64,000 nt of DNA from Promethearchaeota archaeon (lineage in GTDB: Archaea; Asgardarchaeota; Lokiarchaeia; Sigyniarchaeales; SOKP01): positions 54,688-118,687 of the forward strand of contig JBHLOI010000004.1 in the NCBI GenBank assembly GCA_048940645.1, written 5' to 3'. The notes under the pieces were generated by a model that did not search any database, had not been told where the DNA came from, and saw nothing but the letters and a program-made list of their open reading frames with translations. Positions 60,835 through 64,000 of this stretch are shown here, one piece after another. The position numbers were made by a program, and so were the translations under genes. Within the stretch, counting starts at the first letter, position 1; the number at the start of each line of letters is the position of its first letter.

Positions 60835-63798
60835 ATGGGATTTTTTCCCTCACGTATAGAAGATAATATTGATGATAATCATATTAGGTTTAAATATCGC
60901 CCATTCAAAAAAAAACCAAAATTAAAAAAAATATTAATAACCTCTCTCTTAATTGTAGGAATTTTAATAGCTTTAACTATTTTCTGGTTTTGGCCAGCTT
61001 GGATCGGCCCAATAAATCTTCAAATTCAATTATATGGAAATAAAGCCAACGCAAATTTCGTTGATATACATTTTCTAAATTTTTGGTCAACAAATTTCTT
61101 TTTCAATAAAACAGCTTTGATTGGAGCTTTAACTGGTTGTGTTATAATGAGTTTGCCTCCAGATAGAATTTTGCTTACTGTAATTGGTACGCGCTTACGA
61201 TTTGGAAAACCTTCTTATATCAAATCAATTGCTTTTTGGTGGACTATTGGATTTGTAATTTTCTACTTATTGGGTTTTACTCTTAATATTGGCGATCAGT
61301 CTTTTGCATGGACAGCATATTTAATTGAAAATGGAGAAATACAATTATCTCCCACAATTATAATTGATGCTTTCAATGTAATTTTCAATGAAACCAATCA
61401 AGATTTTTTAACCATATTTACCTACGGGAAACTACTCCTTCCAATCATTATTTTTATATTCTGCGTTCTAATTTTTCGAATAAGTCTTAATATTGTTAAA
61501 AATTTTTATCTTCGCAGAAATGACTTCTACATTTTAGCAAATGCGTTAATAATTATCGGTTTGCTTTTTGGAATTTGGTTTTTCATTTTGCCAACACAAG
61601 CATTAGATGGAATAAATCTTATTCAAGCTTGGTCTGTTTTATTTGCGTTTATAATTCTAAATATTTTGGGTATCCTTTTTTATATATATGGAAAAAGAAT
61701 ATATTCCAAAGATACCAAAAATTATATTCTTTCAAGGCAAAAAAGGAAAAAAATTATGGTCGTTGGTGCTGTAATTGTAATTTTTATTATTGTTCCTTTA
61801 CTAATAAGTGTTGGACCAGCATTAACTTTAAATAACACTGATGTTTGGATTGAACAACAGTGGAATAAAAAAATTAGTAGAGAAATAGATTGGACGAGAC
61901 ATTGTGCGGGATTGAGTATTTTTGAAGAGCGTCCAATTGAAAATTTCACAGATTCTCCAATTTCGGATGATGTAACGATTAGAACAAATATCAGGCAATT
62001 TGATCAAGATTTTGCTGTAGATTATTTAGCAGCTTCAATAGGGTCTACTTTTGAGGGTTTAGCTGATTCTGATATTGTATATATTAATGGTACTGAATAT
62101 TGGGTATCTCCTAAAACTGTCAGATTTTCTCAAATAACAGGAGATCCAGTACAAACAAATACAGAATTATATGATCATGTTGAAGGTTTTTTAGCAATGG
62201 ATACCTTTTCGGGTGATTTAGTGAACGTCTATATCACTTTCAATATAACAGAGAACTATCCAATATTTTTTGGCGAGAGTGAGAGTAGAATATTTTTAGA
62301 AAAAACTCAGGGTTATTATGAAGAGGGTGCCTTAGGAGCTTATGACTCTGATATTTTATTAGGAACTGAATGGTCCAAAGGAATAGAAAATAATGATTTT
62401 GTTTATACAGGAGAACCTGATGGAATTCTTACCGGGTTAGAGGGTTTTTGGACAACAATAAATTTGGGTCTATTGGCCTATTCAACCCAAGAATTACATG
62501 AATATTTAATTAATAGGAATGTTAAAACACGAGTACAAAATATCCTATTTCCAAATCTTAAAATAGATAATGATCCTTATTTAGTTTTTAATATGGACGC
62601 GGGAGAGATGTATTATGCAGTTTCTATTTATACACATATCAATATAGGTTCTTATGCAAAATACCCTATCTTAAGATTTCTAGGAATATGTTTAATAGAT
62701 GTGAAAACTGGAGAATTAGAATTCTATAAAAATCCTGTTTTGAATGCTGATAATGATCCTACATATCCGCTTTGGAGGATTTATACCTCTATAGGTAAAT
62801 ATGAATGGAAAGACACCCCTAACTGGTTAAAGAAGCAATTAAGATATCCTGAAGACTTATTTGAACTACAATTAGCAGCTAATTATGTTTATCATGTTGA
62901 AAATCCAACAACATGGAGAAGAGAGGATGATTTCCATGAAAGACCTAAAAATGGGGATTTATTTTATATTGAAACTGATTTAGGCGAGGGTATTGAGTAT
63001 GTTGGATTGGATTTAGTAGAGTATAAGGGACGTTCAGCAATTGTACTTGCTGGTATGTATGTTATTAGGCATGGAGCTCATTTTGGTGAAGCAATATTTT
63101 ATGATGCAAGTGTTAAAACTCTTATTGGCCCAAAAACTGCAAATGAGACATATCTTTCTGAAGCAACGCAAGATATAACTTTAATATCAGGTGCCAGAAA
63201 CGGGAATATCCTTTTATATCCACTCGGAGGTTCCCTATATTATTATATACCCACTTATAGTACAGCAGGAGACCTGCAACAATTAAAACTAGTAGGTTTT
63301 GTAGAAGCGTTTATTAGAAATGTCGGTTATGGTAGTAATGTTGAGATTGCTTATAATAATCTGAATATTTCAGGCGTAGTTCCACCTTCAAATATGTCAA
63401 TTTCATATGAATTCGATATGGAATCAGAAATGATATACCCAACAGATCCAGCGAAATTTACCATAATATTACAAAATTTAAATACTAACTTTTCAGCTCC
63501 AGGATTAAATGTCACAGTGAACCTATTAGTTTACACCTTAACAAGTCATAATGCTAATTTCAGTTTAATATTACCTCCAACTTATTCAGTTACAAACTCT
63601 TCCTTTACATTGGGGGCTTATAGCGGAATTAATTTTACTATTATTGATACAACTCTCTACTTTGGACAAGGTCTTACTCTTACTGGATTCTTAAATTCTT
63701 CAAAGGAACTAATAGTTATCATTTATAAGTGGACTTTAAAAGTTAATGGAGATCTCTTTTTTGAATCTCCGGTTGGAACAATTGATGTACACGTATAA
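60835..63798 (+). CDS. UPF0182 family membrane protein with a C-terminal beta-rich extension
   Basis: About nine N-terminal TM segments, then NIRQFD, PIFFGE, DPYLV, QLRYPEDLF..Q and GNILLYPLGGSLYY motifs. Confidence 0.8.
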   Translation: MGFFPSRIEDNIDDNHIRFKYRPFKKKPKLKKILITSLLIVGILIALTIFWFWPAWIGPINLQIQLYGNKANANFVDIHFLNFWSTNFFFNKTALIGALTGCVIMSLPPDRILLTVIGTRLRFGKPSYIKSIAFWWTIGFVIFYLLGFTLNIGDQSFAWTAYLIENGEIQLSPTIIIDAFNVIFNETNQDFLTIFTYGKLLLPIIIFIFCVLIFRISLNIVKNFYLRRNDFYILANALIIIGLLFGIWFFILPTQALDGINLIQAWSVLFAFIILNILGILFYIYGKRIYSKDTKNYILSRQKRKKIMVVGAVIVIFIIVPLLISVGPALTLNNTDVWIEQQWNKKISREIDWTRHCAGLSIFEERPIENFTDSPISDDVTIRTNIRQFDQDFAVDYLAASIGSTFEGLADSDIVYINGTEYWVSPKTVRFSQITGDPVQTNTELYDHVEGFLAMDTFSGDLVNVYITFNITENYPIFFGESESRIFLEKTQGYYEEGALGAYDSDILLGTEWSKGIENNDFVYTGEPDGILTGLEGFWTTINLGLLAYSTQELHEYLINRNVKTRVQNILFPNLKIDNDPYLVFNMDAGEMYYAVSIYTHINIGSYAKYPILRFLGICLIDVKTGELEFYKNPVLNADNDPTYPLWRIYTSIGKYEWKDTPNWLKKQLRYPEDLFELQLAANYVYHVENPTTWRREDDFHERPKNGDLFYIETDLGEGIEYVGLDLVEYKGRSAIVLAGMYVIRHGAHFGEAIFYDASVKTLIGPKTANETYLSEATQDITLISGARNGNILLYPLGGSLYYYIPTYSTAGDLQQLKLVGFVEAFIRNVGYGSNVEIAYNNLNISGVVPPSNMSISYEFDMESEMIYPTDPAKFTIILQNLNTNFSAPGLNVTVNLLVYTLTSHNANFSLILPPTYSVTNSSFTLGAYSGINFTIIDTTLYFGQGLTLTGFLNSSKELIVIIYKWTLKVNGDLFFESPVGTIDVHV

Positions 63799-63837
63799 AG
63801 TCTTAGGGTATAGATAAAAAAATACTTTAATTAAAAT

Positions 63838-64000
63838 CTAGACTTTTTTTTCTAATTCGGTTAAGAATTGCTCAACCTCTTCTTTAGAGCACATGTGAAA
63901 TTTCTTATCATCTGATTTAATGAATGCTACTCGAATAATTTCTTTTGTAGCTTCTTCATCGATAGATTCCTTTAAAGCATTAAGCGTCAATTTTACTACC
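63838..64000 (-). CDS. psmA: Proteasome alpha subunit, C-terminal fragment (runs off the window)
   Basis: ..VVKLTLNALKESIDEEATKEIIRVAFIKSDDKKFHMCSKEEVEQFLTELEKKV* matches the 20S alpha C-terminus pattern. Only 53 aa are visible. Confidence 0.65.
   Translation of the reverse strand, partial: VVKLTLNALKESIDEEATKEIIRVAFIKSDDKKFHMCSKEEVEQFLTELEKKV

Noticed and set aside
881-61949. Numerous 60-185 aa ORFs antisense to or nested in long genes (e.g. 7269-7706, 13637-14053, 23363-23920, 30080-30397)
   Set aside because: They lie opposite or inside well-supported genes and show no motifs or SD sites.

Overview
This is an AT-rich, gene-dense archaeal chromosome segment. The gene content and style fit an Asgard archaeon, probably Lokiarchaeia (inference): TFB, RFC, a proteasome alpha subunit, a tungsten AOR, split ADP-forming acyl-CoA ligase, many crotonases and SCP2 domains, and a long helical-repeat protein. 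I found no rRNA, tRNA, CRISPR array or transposase. Main blocks in order: a PadR + BtrH-like pair; an ArsR regulator divergent from an unannotated Cys/His micropeptide and an ABC exporter; an acyl-CoA (beta-oxidation) cluster; ilvC-like, AOR and pyk genes; a grpE-dnaK-dnaJ-clpB cluster followed by a variant TFB; fba; FixCX-like genes divergent from a FAD/Fe-S/FAD/SCP2/CrtC-like operon; pepT; a three-gene RFC clamp-loader operon whose second small subunit looks ATPase-dead like eukaryotic RFC-E; a CdrS/aCcr1-like RHH regulator without ftsZ; a 1507-aa repeat protein with 390-bp DNA repeats; a UPF0182 gene; and the 3' end of psmA. Several small ORFs and operator-like repeats missing from the ORF track were found by reading the sequence. 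All family calls come from motif recognition, not database searches.
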